Positions 50,539 to 64,000 of a stretch of 64,000 nt of DNA are shown one piece after another. The translations under genes were made by a program, and so were the position numbers. This DNA is from Narcine bancroftii (Eukaryota), in the NCBI RefSeq assembly GCF_036971445.1, contig NC_091480.1, positions 29,636,001 through 29,700,000 on the forward strand, written 5' to 3'. Within the stretch, counting starts at the first letter, position 1; each line of letters opens with the position of its first letter. The notes beneath the pieces are model-generated. The model was not told the DNA's origin and searched no databases. It worked only from the letters and a program-made list of their open reading frames with translations.

Positions 50539-51326
50539 TGTTTGAGCTACCGAAAGAAAATAGACACACACATCGAGAGCAGTTCAGTTTATACAAATGT
50601 TTATTACTAATTCAAAAGCTGATTTCACACTACAATATGCAAGCCCTTCCCAACTATACTTATCAACGCTTGGACTGGTCCCAACTGCCGAAGCGAGGCA
50701 ACAACTGCACACTTGTAGTAGGTTGTCAGGGCGCTGGTAGCAGCTTCTCCACCTCCCCTGACCGGGACGTTGCTCGGACTCTGGCTGTTCTTCCTTCTTG
50801 ACAAGGGGTGTTCCCACCCCTCGGAGAGTCTAAACTTCAGCAGCAGGACCACAGACTTTTATACCCCAAAAACAATTAATCATGCACCCACTCCCTCTAA
50901 CATTTGTCAGTCAAAATCAAAGCTGAGCATACTATTCTACAATTTAGAAGATTAATTATTATGGAGCAGGATGCTATGATATCCTGGTTTATCTCGTAGA
51001 TACAAGGACTCATTAAAACTTCTTGAGCAAGACAGGTTGTGACCAATACGTCAATTTCAGAGTGTCGTATTTGACAACTGCTTTCCCTGGGCCTCACGGT
51101 GGAATTCCATTTCAAAGTGTATCTTCGGATAAGTCCCCATGGCTGAGTTTAATTACATCTGCTAGTTCTGAAAGTAAGGTGACCTGCGTGTGGACCCAGT
51201 GTCGTCAGTTCCACATAAGCAAAAAGCATCTGAGTACATGGTTTTAATCCTCCATTACACTGGCTTCTCATCGTTGGAGCAGGGAAATGTTCCTTCAGCA
51301 ATCAGGGTAACTAATAATCACGAACA
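50539..51326 (-). mobile_element. 788-bp solo LTR (ERV/Gypsy-type)
   Basis: TGTT...AACA termini; exact 4-bp TSD acag; minus-strand TATAAAA (~50863) upstream of AATAAA (~50605). Confidence 0.8.
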
Positions 51327-51605
51327 ACAGAGACACCTTGTGGTAGAATGGAGGTGCGCATTGTCTAAGGACAATCTGCTCAAGGAACAGCATCAGTGGG
51401 AGAAAGACAAAGGTCACCAATTTTAGCCGATACCCTTCATCAAGTCATCAAGTGTGTAAAGTTCAGACATCAGCACAGCCTTTTGCCCAGAGTAGGGGAA
51501 CAGTTAACCAGAGGACATGGGCCTAAGGATAGAGGAACCAGAGGGGTAGCTTTTTTACAGAGGATGATGGTTGTATGAACTGGGGTGCCAGAGGCAGGTA
51601 CTATT

Positions 51606-51960
51606 AGAATCAGAATCAGAATTTATTGTCATGAACAAGTCACGAAATTCGGTGCTTTGTGGCAGCGTCACAGTGCAAACATTCATATATGAACCATCTT
51701 ACAACAATAATATATATAAAAAAACAGTAGTGCACGAAAAGTAAGGCAATGTCTTTGGATCATTGGTCATTCAGGAATCTGAGGGTGGAGGGAAAGAAGC
51801 TGCCCCTGTGCTTCGGGGTGGTCATTTGCAGGCTCCTGTACCTCCTTCCCGAGGGTAGCAGAGTGAAGAGGGCATAGCCGGAGTGGTGGGGGTCTTTGAG
51901 GATAGAGGCTGCATTTTTAAGATACTGCCTCATGTCCTCGATGGGGTGAAGTCTGGTGCC
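51606..51960 (-). mobile_element. Rex1/Babar-type LINE 3' fragment
   Basis: Inverted relative of the 49790 copy; (agaatc)n end. Confidence 0.8.
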
Positions 51961-52629
51961 CATTACAACTTCAATTGTATTACAACTATTACAATTACTA
52001 GTACAACATTTGGGCAGATACTTGGATAGAATCGGCTCAGAGGGATATGGAATACAAGCTAGTGGGACGAGTGTAGATGGGGCATTTTGGTCACCGTGTC
52101 ACATTGGGTCAAAGGGCCTGATTCCATGCTATATGACTCTATGCTGCAGCTCAAATCACTGAGTTCTGCCCGATGATTGTGTTTAGCTTCATAGTCCAGC
52201 ATCTCCTGTCATGGGAATGTTTGGGAGGTCAGACAGAGCATCAGGATTTTTTGCTCAATAAAGGGTTGACTTCTGCCCATGGATGCTGCCAGACACTGCC
52301 AGACCCGTTGGGTTCTCCAGCAGCTAATAGTTTTGTGTTTATATTTTCTTGGTGTTGATTTAAATTTCCTTTATTTTTCTCATTTGTTAATATATATTCC
52401 CATGGTGCCCAGATTGTTGAAGATATCTCTTCAAATCACCATGAACACAGCATCTTCCTCCACCATGCAGCCCTTGGATTCAACAGCTCAGTGATGATCA
52501 ATTGGGGCGCACTGCTCGCTGGACAACTTAAACACTTAACGCTAACAAATTTATATGATGACAAATAGAGGCCAAGAGAGGCACAGTTAGTGGAGCCACT
52601 GCCTTACAGCACCAGAGACCTGTGCTCAT

Positions 52630-53270
52630 ATTTCAGATTTATTGTCAGAGTACATTCATGACATCACATACAACCCTGAGATTCTTTTTCCTGCAGGTGA
52701 GGCAGAATCACCACTTATTGATGGTGCAAAAAAAACTGTACTCAACATTCAAATGTAAACAAGTAAATAAATGTCAACCAACTGACTGTGCAATACGTAG
52801 AGAAAAGAAATCAATAAAGTGCAAAAGTAAGAGTCCTTAAGTGAGTCTCAGATTGAGTTTGTCATTGAGGAGTCTGATGGTGGAGGGGAGCAGCTGTTCC
52901 TGAACCTGGGGGTGTGAGTCTTGTGGCACCTTTATTGATTTATTGATGGTAGCAGTGAGAACAGAGTGTGTGCTGGATGGTCTGAGTCCTTAATGATCAC
53001 TGCTGCTCTCCAACAGGAGTGTTCCCTGTAGATGCTCTCAATGGTGGAAAGGGTTTTGCCTGTGATGTCCTGGGCTGTGTCAACTACCTTTTGCAGGGCT
53101 TTCCGCTCATGGGTATTAAAGTCCCCATAGCAGACCATAATGCAGCCGGTCAGCACATTTTTCACCACACATCTGTAGAAATTTGCCAGGATTTCTGATT
53201 TCATACCAAACATCTGCAAACTCCTGATAAAGTAGTGGCGCTAACGTGCTTTCTTCATGATGCCACATGT
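52630..53270 (-). mobile_element. Rex1/Babar-type LINE 3' fragment
   Basis: NFYRCVV...LTGCI...IIKD...LFSLLPS; same family as 4530. Confidence 0.8.
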
Positions 53271-53374
53271 GATCAAGATTCAATTTATTATCATAGTAAT
53301 AAAACAGTGTCATATTACATGAAATGTTTTTTTTGCCTGCTGTAAGGCAGACAGATTCGCCACAGGCCATTGTC

Positions 53375-53870
53375 ACGCTGACAAGTCTATCCATGGCCTA
53401 ACGCACTGTCAAACCAAGTCTACTCATAAATTGGAGGAAGAACGCTTAATATTCCGTCTGGGCACTCTCCCACCAAATGGCATTACCATCAGATTCCCCA
53501 GCTTCCGTTAAACCCACCCCCATCCCTCTGTCTTCTTTACTCCACTCCTTACCCTCTTCCTTTCCCTCTCCATTCAGTGAGCTACCCTTCCCCTATCATT
53601 TTTCTTTTTTTTAACCCACCCTCCCATCCATATCCACCTTCGACCTCTTACCTGTTTTTGTATGCTCCTCCCCTTCCCCCTCTCCTCTCTTCCCCACCCC
53701 ATTCCCCCACCTTTTTATTCAGGCACTGCCATCTTTTTGACAAAGGGCTCAGGCCCGAAACGTTAGTGATCCTTTACATCCTTTGGATGCTAAGTAACCT
53801 GCTGAGTTTCTCCTGTATATTTGTACATTGCGTTCAACCCAGCAACTGCAGACTTCCTTGTTTAACTTTA
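53375..53870 (+). mobile_element. Penelope-like 3' fragment with hammerhead-like motif
   Basis: SIHGL...KLEEERLIFRLGTLPPNG; ttgacaaagggctcaggcccgaaacgtta at ~53737-53765. Confidence 0.8.
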
Positions 53871-54042
53871 CTACTGAGGTGTTCTTCTGCTGTTGCTTTA
53901 GAAGCAGGCAAGTCATCAAAAGCTAACTATCAAAAGCATCAAAAGTTGGGGGTCATGATCTTCCAAAATCTCCTGATACTTACACATTCACGTATACTTA
54001 CATGCTTCACACAGTAATTGCACTGAATTCTAGGGATATTCT

Positions 54043-57000
54043 AGGCATCAGGAAAAACCGGGGAAGGCAGCGTCTGTGTTATCATCAATTTGTCTTGGTG
54101 CACAGACATGACGGTCATGTCCCAGTTCTGCTCCCCTGACCTGGAGCATCTGGCGATCAAGTGCTCCCCATTCCACCTGCCGAGGGAGTTTACTGCCATC
54201 ATTCTGGTCACAGGGTACATTCCGCCCCAGGCTAATGTCAGGCTGGCACTCGAGGGACTGAGCACTGTGATTAACAGCCATGAGACGGCACATCCTGATG
54301 CCTTCCAATCATTATAGGGGACTTCAATCAGGCCAACGTGAAGAAGTCTCTAACAAACTAGCGTCAACAAGTCACATACGAGACCAGGGGAATAAACTTC
54401 CACACCATGCAAGTGATGAAAAGAATGTAAGGATAAGGAAAATAAACGTGTGGCTGAGGGGCTGGTGTACAAGGCAAGGATTTGGCTTTTTGGATTATTG
54501 GGATCTCTTTTGGGGAGGGCATGATCTTTACAAGAGGGACGAGTTGCACCTAAATCCAAAAGGTGTCAACATTTTGGCAAGTATGTTTGGTACAGCAGTG
54601 GGGCAAGGTTTAAACTAATTTGGCAGGGGTATGGGAACCAGAGTGATAGGAAAAAGGGTAGGGAAGATAAAGTAATGGCCAGGAAAAGTAAAATAGGAAA
54701 AGTAATGTTGGGAGGAGAAAGTAAAAAATCAGATGGTGCAGTGAGTTTTCGGGTCAATGATAGTCTTAAGAAAATTACAAAGAAAAATAATGGGCAGAAA
54801 AATCAAAAGAAAAGGTTACAGAAGTCACTAGATATTAAAAGGACAAAGTGCACAAGGGCACTTTATCTGAATGCCCGCAGTATTAGAAATAAGGTTAGTG
54901 AAATGAGGAGCAAATCGGTACCCATGCCTATGATTTGGTAGCCATCACAGAAACATGGCTACAAGGTATCAGGTGGTGCAAAGAGGTAGACAGGATGGTA
55001 AGGGAGGTGGAGTTGCACTCTTAATCAAAAATGAGCTCCAGGCAGTAGTGAGGAATGATATAAGATCTAAAGAGCATAATGTTGAGTCCATTTGGGTAGA
55101 GATAAAGAATAACAAAGGGAAAAAATTATTGGTGGGTGTTATCTATCGCAATAGTTTAATGGCACAGGAAATAAATAGAGAGATAAGTGAGGCATGTAAT
55201 AATGATATGGCAGTCGTTATGGGGGACTTTAACTTCCACATAGTTTGGGAAAATCAAGTTGGTCGTGGGAGTCTGGAAGAGGACTTCATAGAATGCATCC
55301 GCGATAGCTTTCTTGAGCAGCATGTTAAGGAACCCACAAGAGAAAATGCTCTCCTGGATCTAGTGTTGTGCAATGAGATAGGTAGAGTAAATGATGTAAT
55401 AGTCAGAGACCATCTGGGAAATAGCGATCATAGTATGATTGAATTTCTCATTTAGATGGAAGGGGAAATAGTTAGATCTAAAACTAGATCTTAAACAGGG
55501 GTGACTACCTTAGGATGAGGGAGGAATTGGGCAGAATGGACTGGGAGCACAGGCTAATTGATGAAACAGTTGCGGAACAGTGGAAGATTTTCAAAGAAAT
55601 ATTTTGTAATGCTCAACAAAAATATATTCCGGTCAGGAAAAAGGGCAGCAAGGGAGGGAAAAATCAACCGTGGCTAACAAAGGAAATAAAGGAGAGTATA
55701 AAATTGAAGGCGCAGGTGTACAAAGCTGCAAAGAGCAGTGGGAAACTGGAAGATTGGGAAAACTTTCTTTAAGAGACAACAAGGGGTTACAAAGCGGGTA
55801 ATAAGAAATCAGAGAAAGGATTATGAAAGTAAATTGGCACAAAATATAAAAACAGAAAGCAAAAAATTTTATAAATATATAAAACGGAAGAGGGTGGCCA
55901 GAGTTAACATAGGACCCTTGGAGGATGAGAAAGGAAAACTAGTAGCAAAAAATGAGGAAATGGCCGAGGCATTAAACAATTATTTTGTGTCAGTCTTCAC
56001 AGTGGAAGACATGTCCAGCATGCCCAAGTGCGGAGTTAAGGATGCGAATGTTGGGGAGGGCCTTGATAAAATAGTTGTTACAAAGGAAGTAGTGATGGAG
56101 AAACTAATGGGATTAAAGCCAGATAAATCACCTGGTCCTGATGATGTGCATCCAAGGGCTCTGAAGGAAATGGCAGAAGTTATAGTTGATGCATTGGTGG
56201 TCATATACCAAAATTCCTTGGATTCTGGGCAGGTCCCGGCAGACTGGAAAACAGCAAATATCATCCCACTTTTTAAGAAGGGATGTAGGCAGAAGACTGG
56301 AAATTATCGGCCAATTAGCTTGACGTCTGTAGTTGGAAAAATGCTTGAAGCCATCATTAAAGATGAAATAGTGAAACTTTTGGAACGTAAGGGTTCAATC
56401 AGGCAGATGCAGCATGGTTTTAGAAAGGGAAGATCTTGTTTGACAAACTTGTTAGGATTCTTTGAGGATATAATGGGTGCGGTGGATAGAGGGGAACAGG
56501 TTGATGTTGTATATTTGGATTTCTAGAAAGCGTTTGATAAGATGCCGCACAAGAGACTTAAAAGTAAGTTACAGGAAAGTGGAGTCCGGGGAAATATATT
56601 GGCCTGGATTGAAAATTGGTTGTCTGACAGGAGGCAGAGAGTCGGGATAAATGGGAGTTTTTCAGGTTGGCAGAGAGTGGTAAGTGGGGTGCCGCAGGGG
56701 TCAGTGTTAGGCCCACAACTGTTCATCATTTACATTGATGACTTGGAGGAGGGGACAAAATGTGGTGTAGCCAAGTTTGCGGATGACACTAAATTGAGTG
56801 GAAGAGCAAATTGTAATGAGGATGTGGAGAGTCTGCAGAGAGTATATAGTTAAGCTGGATGAGTGGGCAAAGGTCTGGCAGATGGAGTACAATGTTAATA
56901 AGTGTGAGGTTATCCATTTTGGCAAGAAAAATGAAAGAGCTGAATATTATTTAAAGGGTGAAAAACTACAGCATGCTGTTGTGCAGAGGGACTTGGGAGT

Positions 57001-58080
57001 GCTTGTGCATGAATCGCAAAAAGTTAGGTTGTAGGTGCAGCAGGTTATTAAGAAGGCGAATGGAATGTTGGCCTTCATCGCTAGAGGAATTGAATTCAGG
57101 AGTAGGGAGGTAATGTTGCAACTGTATAAGATACTGGTGAGACCGCACCTGGAGTACTGTGTCCAGTTCTGGTCTCCATATTTGAGGAAGGATATACTGG
57201 CTTTGAAGACGGTCCAGAGGAGGTTTACTAGGTTGATCCCTGGGATGAAGGGGTTGACTTATAATGAAAGATTAAATCATCTAGGATTGTATTCGCTCGA
57301 GTTCAGAAGAATGAGAGGAGATCTTATAGAAACATATAGGATTATGAAGGGTATGGATAGGATAGATGTAGGAAGGTTTTTTGAGCTGGCCGGGGAAACT
57401 AAAATGAGAGGACACAGTCTCAAGATTCAGGGGAGTAGATTTAGGACAGAGATGAGGAAAAATAGTTTTTCCAAGAGAGTAGTGAATGTTTGGAATTCTC
57501 TAACCAGGGAAGTGGTTGAGGCTGCCTCATTAAACATATTTAAAATTTGGTTAGATAAATTTTTAAATTATATAGGAATTAGGGGACATGGAGAGAAGGC
57601 AGGTAGGTGGAGTTAGGTCATAAATTAGGTCAGCCATGATCGTATTGAATGGCGGAGCAGGCTCGATGGGCCATTTTTGGCCTACTCCTGTTCCTACTTC
57701 CGATGTTCCACTTCTACACCACCATGAAGAATGCATACTGAGCCATACCACAATGGCACTTTGGCAAGTCTGATCACCTGGCTGTACTTCTACTCCCAGT
57801 AAACAAGCAGGGACCAAGGACCACAGCACCAGTAGTGAAGATGGTGAAGGTGTGGTTGAGGGAGGTGGAAGAGCGTCCGCAGGACTGCCTTGAATCGGTG
57901 GACTGGAACATACTCAAGAAGTCATCCAGAGACTTGAATGAATATGGAACAGATGTCACCAAATTCATCAATACCTGCATGGACGAGTATGTGTCCACAC
58001 ACAAATACTGGTGTTTCCCAACCAGAAGCCCTGGATGAATCAGAAGATTCACAACCTGCTGAGGCTAAGAACAAGGGCAT
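54043..58080 (+). mobile_element. Rex1/Babar-type endonuclease-region fragment split by a CR1 insertion
   Basis: FCSPDLEHLAIKC.PFHLPREF...YIPP on the left; continues after 57710 (LESVDW). Confidence 0.7.
54408..57709 (+). mobile_element. CR1 LINE: ORF1 esterase C-terminus plus near-complete but disrupted ORF2 (APE + RT)
   Basis: DLYKRDELHLN; YLNARSI, GDFN, SDH; SPGPD; VPQGSVLGP, KFADD; 3' UTR; 12-bp TSD acttc(c/t)acacca (54396-54407 / 57710-57721); several stops and frameshifts. Confidence 0.92.
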
Positions 58081-58470
58081 CTCCCACTGGAAGACTGAGA
58101 TGCCATTCATGATGCCAAAGGAGACCCACAGGAAGTGGTAGAGGCAACCATCCATCTTGAACACTATATACTGGCAATCCTCTGGGTGGATGGGTAACTG
58201 ATGATATGTCGACTTTAGATCTATGGTCGAAAAGACCCAAAACTGGGCAATTTGGTTGACCATAATCGGTGATTTGCGGAAGGGGTATGCATCCAATTGA
58301 GTGTATCTATTGATGATCTGACCATAGTCGATGACCATTCTATTCTTTTCACCATTCCACACTACCACTATCTGTGCTCTCCAAGGGCTAGTGATGGCTT
58401 CAATAACCCCTTCCTTAAGTAAGCACTGTATTTCTGCCAAGATGAAGGCCCTGTCTCTGGCATTGTACTG
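58080..58470 (-). pseudogene. Gypsy RT fragment related to the 11691 pol
   Basis: LLKEGVIE...SPWRAQIVVV...IDYGQIINRYTQLDAYP...STIDLKSTYHQ. Confidence 0.8.
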
Positions 58471-58838
58471 GGTTGGCTGTCGAATTGCTGGTTACAAACG
58501 GTGAGGGGTGAATGGGGCTCATCAAACGCCATCGTCACGCTTTAAAGATGTCATTGAAAATCAAGCTCCAACCGTACATCAGTGCAGAGCTGCAACGTTA
58601 CCATCAGTCTAAAGTTGTCATATACAGTGAACTGTGCATCGATAAAGTCACAATACAGAAACCCTGAATTTCTGCTGTTAATGACTTGGATGCCAAGGAG
58701 ACCTTCTGGTTCACCGGCAGTACTGTGAGGGAGAGGCACCGCATTGTGTCCGGATGTATACAACTCTCTGTGTTCCGCTATTGAAGAAGCAACTCATCAC
58801 GTGACCTTTTACTTTGATGTCCATCATCGTCTTGGTGA

Positions 58839-59560
58839 TGTTACGGAGTCCAGAGGACCCCCAAAACCAGCAGCAATAGATTAAAAACAAAAATAGTTTT
58901 TAATTATATTTGAACAAGAAAACAGAATTGAACTTTAACTTATTACTTAACCTACCTAGCTACTTAATCCCCCCCTCTAATACTAAGCGCAGGTGCGTGT
59001 AATGTATATTTAAGATTAGAAAAATTATTTGAATCGCAATCCAATCTCACTGGTTGCAGGCAATTCTTGTACTGTGCACAGAAATTAGCATTAACAAAAT
59101 TCACCAGTCTTTGATGCTTAACAGGCAAATGGTTACCACTCAGGAGGGTTCTTGCTGGTTTTCAGAGAAATTCCTTTTCCAGGACATTCACAACTGATTC
59201 CTTCTCATTCAGTTTTGCTGACAAAACTTTCCCCTTCAGGGTTCTTCAGATGATCCTCTTTCTTTCAGGTCACCTTTCAGACTGCCAATCTCCTCCTTTG
59301 ACCGGACAGCCTTCCAAAGTTTGCCAGCTTGTCCTTCTGGAACTGATTTCTGTCTCCTCTCTCTCTGTTTTATACCCTCCCTCTCTGAGAGCAAAACTCT
59401 TCTCCTCTGCCTGCAAAGATCACATGCTCTCCCAGGCAAGCTCCTGTCCATACTTTGTTGCCTCCTGCCAAAAGCATTCTGCAAAAGTCCTGCAAATATT
59501 CTGTGTTTTAAAATGTGTGTGTGCAAGCTGCTCTAACAATTCCTCCCAAACCAGCTCTAA
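58839..59560 (-). mobile_element. Truncated solo LTR (21602 family)
   Basis: tgttacggagtccagaggaccc start; inverse similarity to 21700-22626. Confidence 0.75.
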
Positions 59561-59599
59561 ATAGTGAGTTGGTCCGGACTGTCCTAGTTAAGGGTGATG

Positions 59600-59885
59600 G
59601 AGGCAAGAGTCGGGTCAATACACATTGCTGCAGTAGAAGATGGCGGTGCCTCTATATTAGGCAGTGATGAAACTAGCCAGAATGCTCTCCACACTACACT
59701 GAATCTTCTCAGATACCTCACAAAATATAGCCGCTGGCGAGCCTTCTTTGTGATTGCATCAACGTGGAGGCTCCAGGACAGATTCTTAGAGATGTTGACA
59801 CCCAGAAATTTGAAGTTCTTGACCCTCTCCACTACTGAGCCCTCGATGAGGACTGGGTCGTGTCCCCCAACTTCCTGCTTGTCCT
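59600..59885 (-). mobile_element. Rex1/Babar-type RT fragment
   Basis: ERVKNFKFLGVNISKNLSW...KKARQRLYF. Confidence 0.75.
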
Positions 59886-60585
59886 GAAATTCAATTCAGT
59901 CGTTGAATGTTCTCCTTTGACAAAGTATTTAATTCTGAAACAACCCTGGTCATCCAATTAATGCACAGCCTATATCAAAGTTTTCCTATTTCAAGGAAGT
60001 GGGAACACTGACTCAGCAGTATAAAATATCCAAAAAATTAAAATCAGACTGGCCATCTATGTCATAGGTTCTTTAGCTGACACGCCTGCCTTAGTGTCAT
60101 TCCCTGAATCTTGACTCAAGTTCCTTGAATAATAGAAATATCTCACCTGCTGAGTTCAACCACCTGCACCTTAAGTAAAGAGCCTGAAAGTGTGACCTCA
60201 ACCACCATTTTCATTACTGAAAGTCCCTTCTGGCTGTGTCACTGACCTATATCAATGGTGGCGACTGATGCATGGATAAATACATACATGGTATTAAAGT
60301 TACAAAGTTGAAATAGCATCATCCACAAGTAAATACAGTCAATGTACCCAACACTGTATAAAAACATCACTCAGGTATTTTTTGAGTGTAATCCTGAGAC
60401 ATGGCCATTCATCCCATTCCCTTCATCGCACTCTCCTTTTAACTCTTCAAATGTTCCTCACCTGCTCAATCATGTAGATATATATCTCTCAATTAATCTG
60501 GTCGTTTTCAATACTAACCAAAATACAACTTCTGTTTTTGCCCATTGGAACTGCGAGTTTTGTTTACTAACTAACAATGGGTTAA

Positions 60586-61212
60586 ATTTCAGATTTCAGA
60601 GTAAATACATGGCATCACATACAAACCTGAGATTCCTTTTTCCTGCAGCCACGGCAGAATTACCACTAATTGGGAGCGCAAAATTAAACTGTACACAGTG
60701 TAAAACAGGTAAACAAATTTTAAAAACTGTAAACTGATAACAAATGCAAACAAATTGACTGTGTAATACAGAGAGAACAAAAGAAAATCTATATAAAGTG
60801 CACAAGTAAGAGTCCTTAAATGAGTCCCTGATTGAGTTTGTCATTGAGGAGTCTGATGGTGGAGGGGTAGCAGGTGTTTGTGAACCTGGTGCTGTGAGTC
60901 TTGTGGCACCTGTACCTCTTTCCTGATTGCAGCAATGAGAACAGAGTGTGTACTGGATGGTGAGGATCTTTGATGATTGCTGCTGCTCTCTGACAGCAGT
61001 GTTCCCTGTAGATGTGCTCAATAGTAAGGAGGGTTTTGCCTGTGATGTCCTGGGCTGTGTGCACAATGTTTTGGAGGACTTTATGCTCAGGGGTATTGGT
61101 GTTCCCATACCAGACTGTGATGCAACTGGTCGGCACACTTTCCACCGCATCTCTGTAGAAATTTGTCAGGGTTTCTGGTGTTGTACCAAATTCCTGAGGA
61201 AGTAGAGGCATT
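60586..61212 (-). mobile_element. Rex1/Babar-type LINE 3' fragment
   Basis: Same family as 4530 and 52630; tttcagatttcag end. Confidence 0.8.
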
Positions 61213-63436
61213 GTATAAATTAAAATAATCAACGGTCTCTCCACTGTTTTCCTTCATTTCATCTCTGTCACGTTCCTGTGGTGGTAAGACAAATTCCCCC
61301 AAAGTATAACACAGATGTAACAAATGTGCTAGAACATTTTCTCTTCTTATTTTGGCTGTGTATATCTTTATATATCTTAATAATATCTTAAAATACAACA
61401 GATAATGAGGACGCCTGACTGAATCTTAGTCCAGGAATTATTCCACAGCTGTGCAGAACTTCCGGTTTGATCAGACTGGAATATTGTAGGCCATTTTACT
61501 TTGAGGAAAGATATGTTGACTTGGAGAGAATGGAACAAAGATGCATTACAATGATAATTGAATTCTAAGAAAATGAAGTAATAAGAGATAATAATCCAAG
61601 AATTTTGATATTATGGGTGATTTGTTTTTGTAAGAACATAAAAAATAGGAATAGCCCATCAACCCTGCTCCGCCATTCAACATAAAGCAGGAAGGTTCAG
61701 GATCTCACAAGTCTGTGATTCATGCAAAGTCAGCTGCATTAGTTTTTCAGTCTGGAAATGCTCTGTCCACCCAGGCCAATGTCATCTCTTCAGTGGCTGC
61801 AGGTGCAGCTTTCCAGCCCAGACAAAGGACTTTGCGGAGAAGTCTGAGGCTAAAAAAAAAAATCAGTGAACTGACACCAAGGAGCAGATTGCTGTTCACT
61901 GGGGGTACCTTGCACTTCATCAAGGACAGAAGGATGCTGCCAAGGAACAGATTGCTCTCGGTGGAAGCAAAAAGTCATTCTGAGCAAAGAGGGAGCTGAT
62001 AACTGAGACTGCACTGTGGGAGCAAACATTTGTTATGCAAGTTTTGGTCACTGGTGTTATTTGGATACACATTTTACAATCTGCTTAATACCTGGAGCCT
62101 TGATATAGAGTCACAAAGGCATGCAGGCCCTATTTGGCCCACCAAATCTGTACCAACCATCAAATAACCATTAAATCTCCCCATATTGCCTTCAACTCCT
62201 GCCAGATGCTACCACACACCACTTACAAGGGGCAATTAACCTGCCAACTGGTAGGTCTTTGGGATTTGGGAGAATCCAGATCACCTGAAGACACCTGAGA
62301 AGGAGAAGCATAGGAGACGGCCCATGGGACGGTGACCACGGCAGCGGACCAGTGAAGTGCTCTGCGGCTGAGGAACACATGGGTGGTGGGCCGTTGGCAA
62401 CATGAGGTGAGGAACCTATACTGGCTGCGGGTTGCTGGAGGCTGGATCAAGACTCGCTGAAGGGGTACCAGGTATCAGAACCGGGATGCGAGAGGGTGCT
62501 GAGGGTGCTGAAGGGTTCCTAACTGTGTCTGAGGTTCGGATCTGGAGATCGGATTTCCGTTTGTTTGGATTGGAGTCTGTGTGGCTGCAGGACTGCTGGA
62601 GGCAAATCCATGGATACTCAGTGACTCTGGGAGGGCTTCACTTTCTCTGACTGTAAGAGGTGCCCAGCAATTCCTGCTGATAGCAAATCTGTCTGCCTTA
62701 TGGCAGACTAAAGGAAATTCTGTGTGCTATTACACTATTACATAACAATAAAGGAATCCAGACACCCACATGGTCATAGAGAGAACATGCAAAGCTCTAA
62801 ATAGATGCACTAGAGGTCAGGAACGGACCCAGCTACTGCATCTGTAAGACAGCCATTCCCTTAGCTGCACCAATGTGCTGGCCCACAGATGGAAGGTGGA
62901 ATGTTCTTCTCAGGTCATAACCTTTCCTTCTTCACCCCTAGTAATGAAGTTCTGCCCTTGCCTGCACATCCCGCCCTGCAACTCATACTGCAGCCCATCA
63001 TGATGAGACACTGCAGTCGGCAGCCCACAGCAGAACAATGAAAGCTCATTGTGGTTATCCATCGCAGACCAGTGCTCCTCCATGTGACAGGGAGCAGCAT
63101 TCCAAAGCCCTACTAGCAGCCACAATAGGAGGGCTCTGCAGTAGTAAACCAAGTAAACAGAAATGAAAATTTGAAAAGGCTGTATAAAAGATCTTCAAGG
63201 CAAGTGTTTATAAAATGTATGCATTAAGTCTGTTTTTCAAAAAGTGGTCAAATGTAAAATTCCTACACACATTCCAATGGACCACAAAGTCTTTTTGAAC
63301 CTCAGAGAGTCTCAGCTTTTTCTGTTCAATGGTTAGATCCATTTTTAAAATGAGAAGGAAAATGTTGGAAGCAGCAACACAAATGGCATCTGTGGAGAGA
63401 GAAAAAAGAGTTAGCTTAAAGAATTAATGACCATTC

Positions 63437-64000
63437 TGTAGTGATAGAGTATTACCACCAGGAGGAGTTGGAGATGGAGCGTGTAGAATCTGGGAAATGT
63501 TGCATCTTGCTAATGTTGTTGCATCTTTAGTAGACTCAAGATGGATGCCTTCCCAAGAGATCTGCATGTTTGTATTCTGTTCTTAGTGCTTTTTGTTTAG
63601 TTAATAAATCTAGTTTTAAAAAGAACCTAAGTTTCTTTATTGTAATGAAAGAATCATCACATGGTACCAGGAGTGGAAGAAAGAGTCAAGTTCTGCTGTG
63701 CACAGGAGTGAAAATCCCCCAACAGTGTGCATAGTGAGTAACCATCAATATCAGCAGTGAATATATGGAGGGTTTAAAAATTCCTAATACTGTAAATTGG
63801 ACTGGAAATATCGACCACCAGTGGAGGCTGTTTAAGCAAAGGTTTATGCTTTACCTGCAAGTGATTGAAATTGATAGCTATCTGGATACACTGAAGATTG
63901 CAATGCTACTTACCATGGCAGGACCTCAAGCTCTAGAGGTTTTCAACAATTTGTTTTTGCTAAGTGTAGAGTGCGTCGAAAGAACCAAAGACTTGTTGAT
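63437..64000 (+). mobile_element. 5' end of a Gypsy (Mag-like) element: LTR 63437-63661, PBS, gag from 63765
   Basis: TGT...ACA LTR with AATAAA; PBS TGGTACCAGGAGTGG; MEGLKIP...WTGN...WRLFKQRF...AGPQALEVFN gag. Confidence 0.8.

Noticed and set aside
31140-63400. IL4R or another neighbouring host gene
   Set aside because: No recognisable exons by eye; short exons could have been missed.

Overview
Vertebrate genomic DNA, most likely from a cartilaginous fish (inferred from the mix of V-SINE/HE1-like SINEs, CR1, Rex1/Babar and Penelope repeats). The only host gene I can support is a class I cytokine receptor on the minus strand, best matching IL21R. Six coding exons (signal peptide, D1a, D1b, D2a, D2b with WSDWS, transmembrane) splice in frame with GT-AG junctions and phases 1-2-1-0-1-2. 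A probable non-coding exon 1 lies in a CpG island at about 30.6-31.1 kb. The cytoplasmic (Box1) exons are not in the window. The rest is mostly transposon-derived. Most notable: (i) a TSD-bounded Gypsy unit whose 5' LTR is split by a 3.3-kb LTR-less gag-pol of a related family, and whose primer-binding position pairs with its own poly(A)-signal region rather than a tRNA; (ii) an RTE-clade LINE with a twin-priming-type 5' inversion; (iii) a ~640-bp TATA/MARE-like unit duplicated in convergent orientation; (iv) Penelope-borne hammerhead ribozyme motifs. All family assignments are by eye, with no database search.
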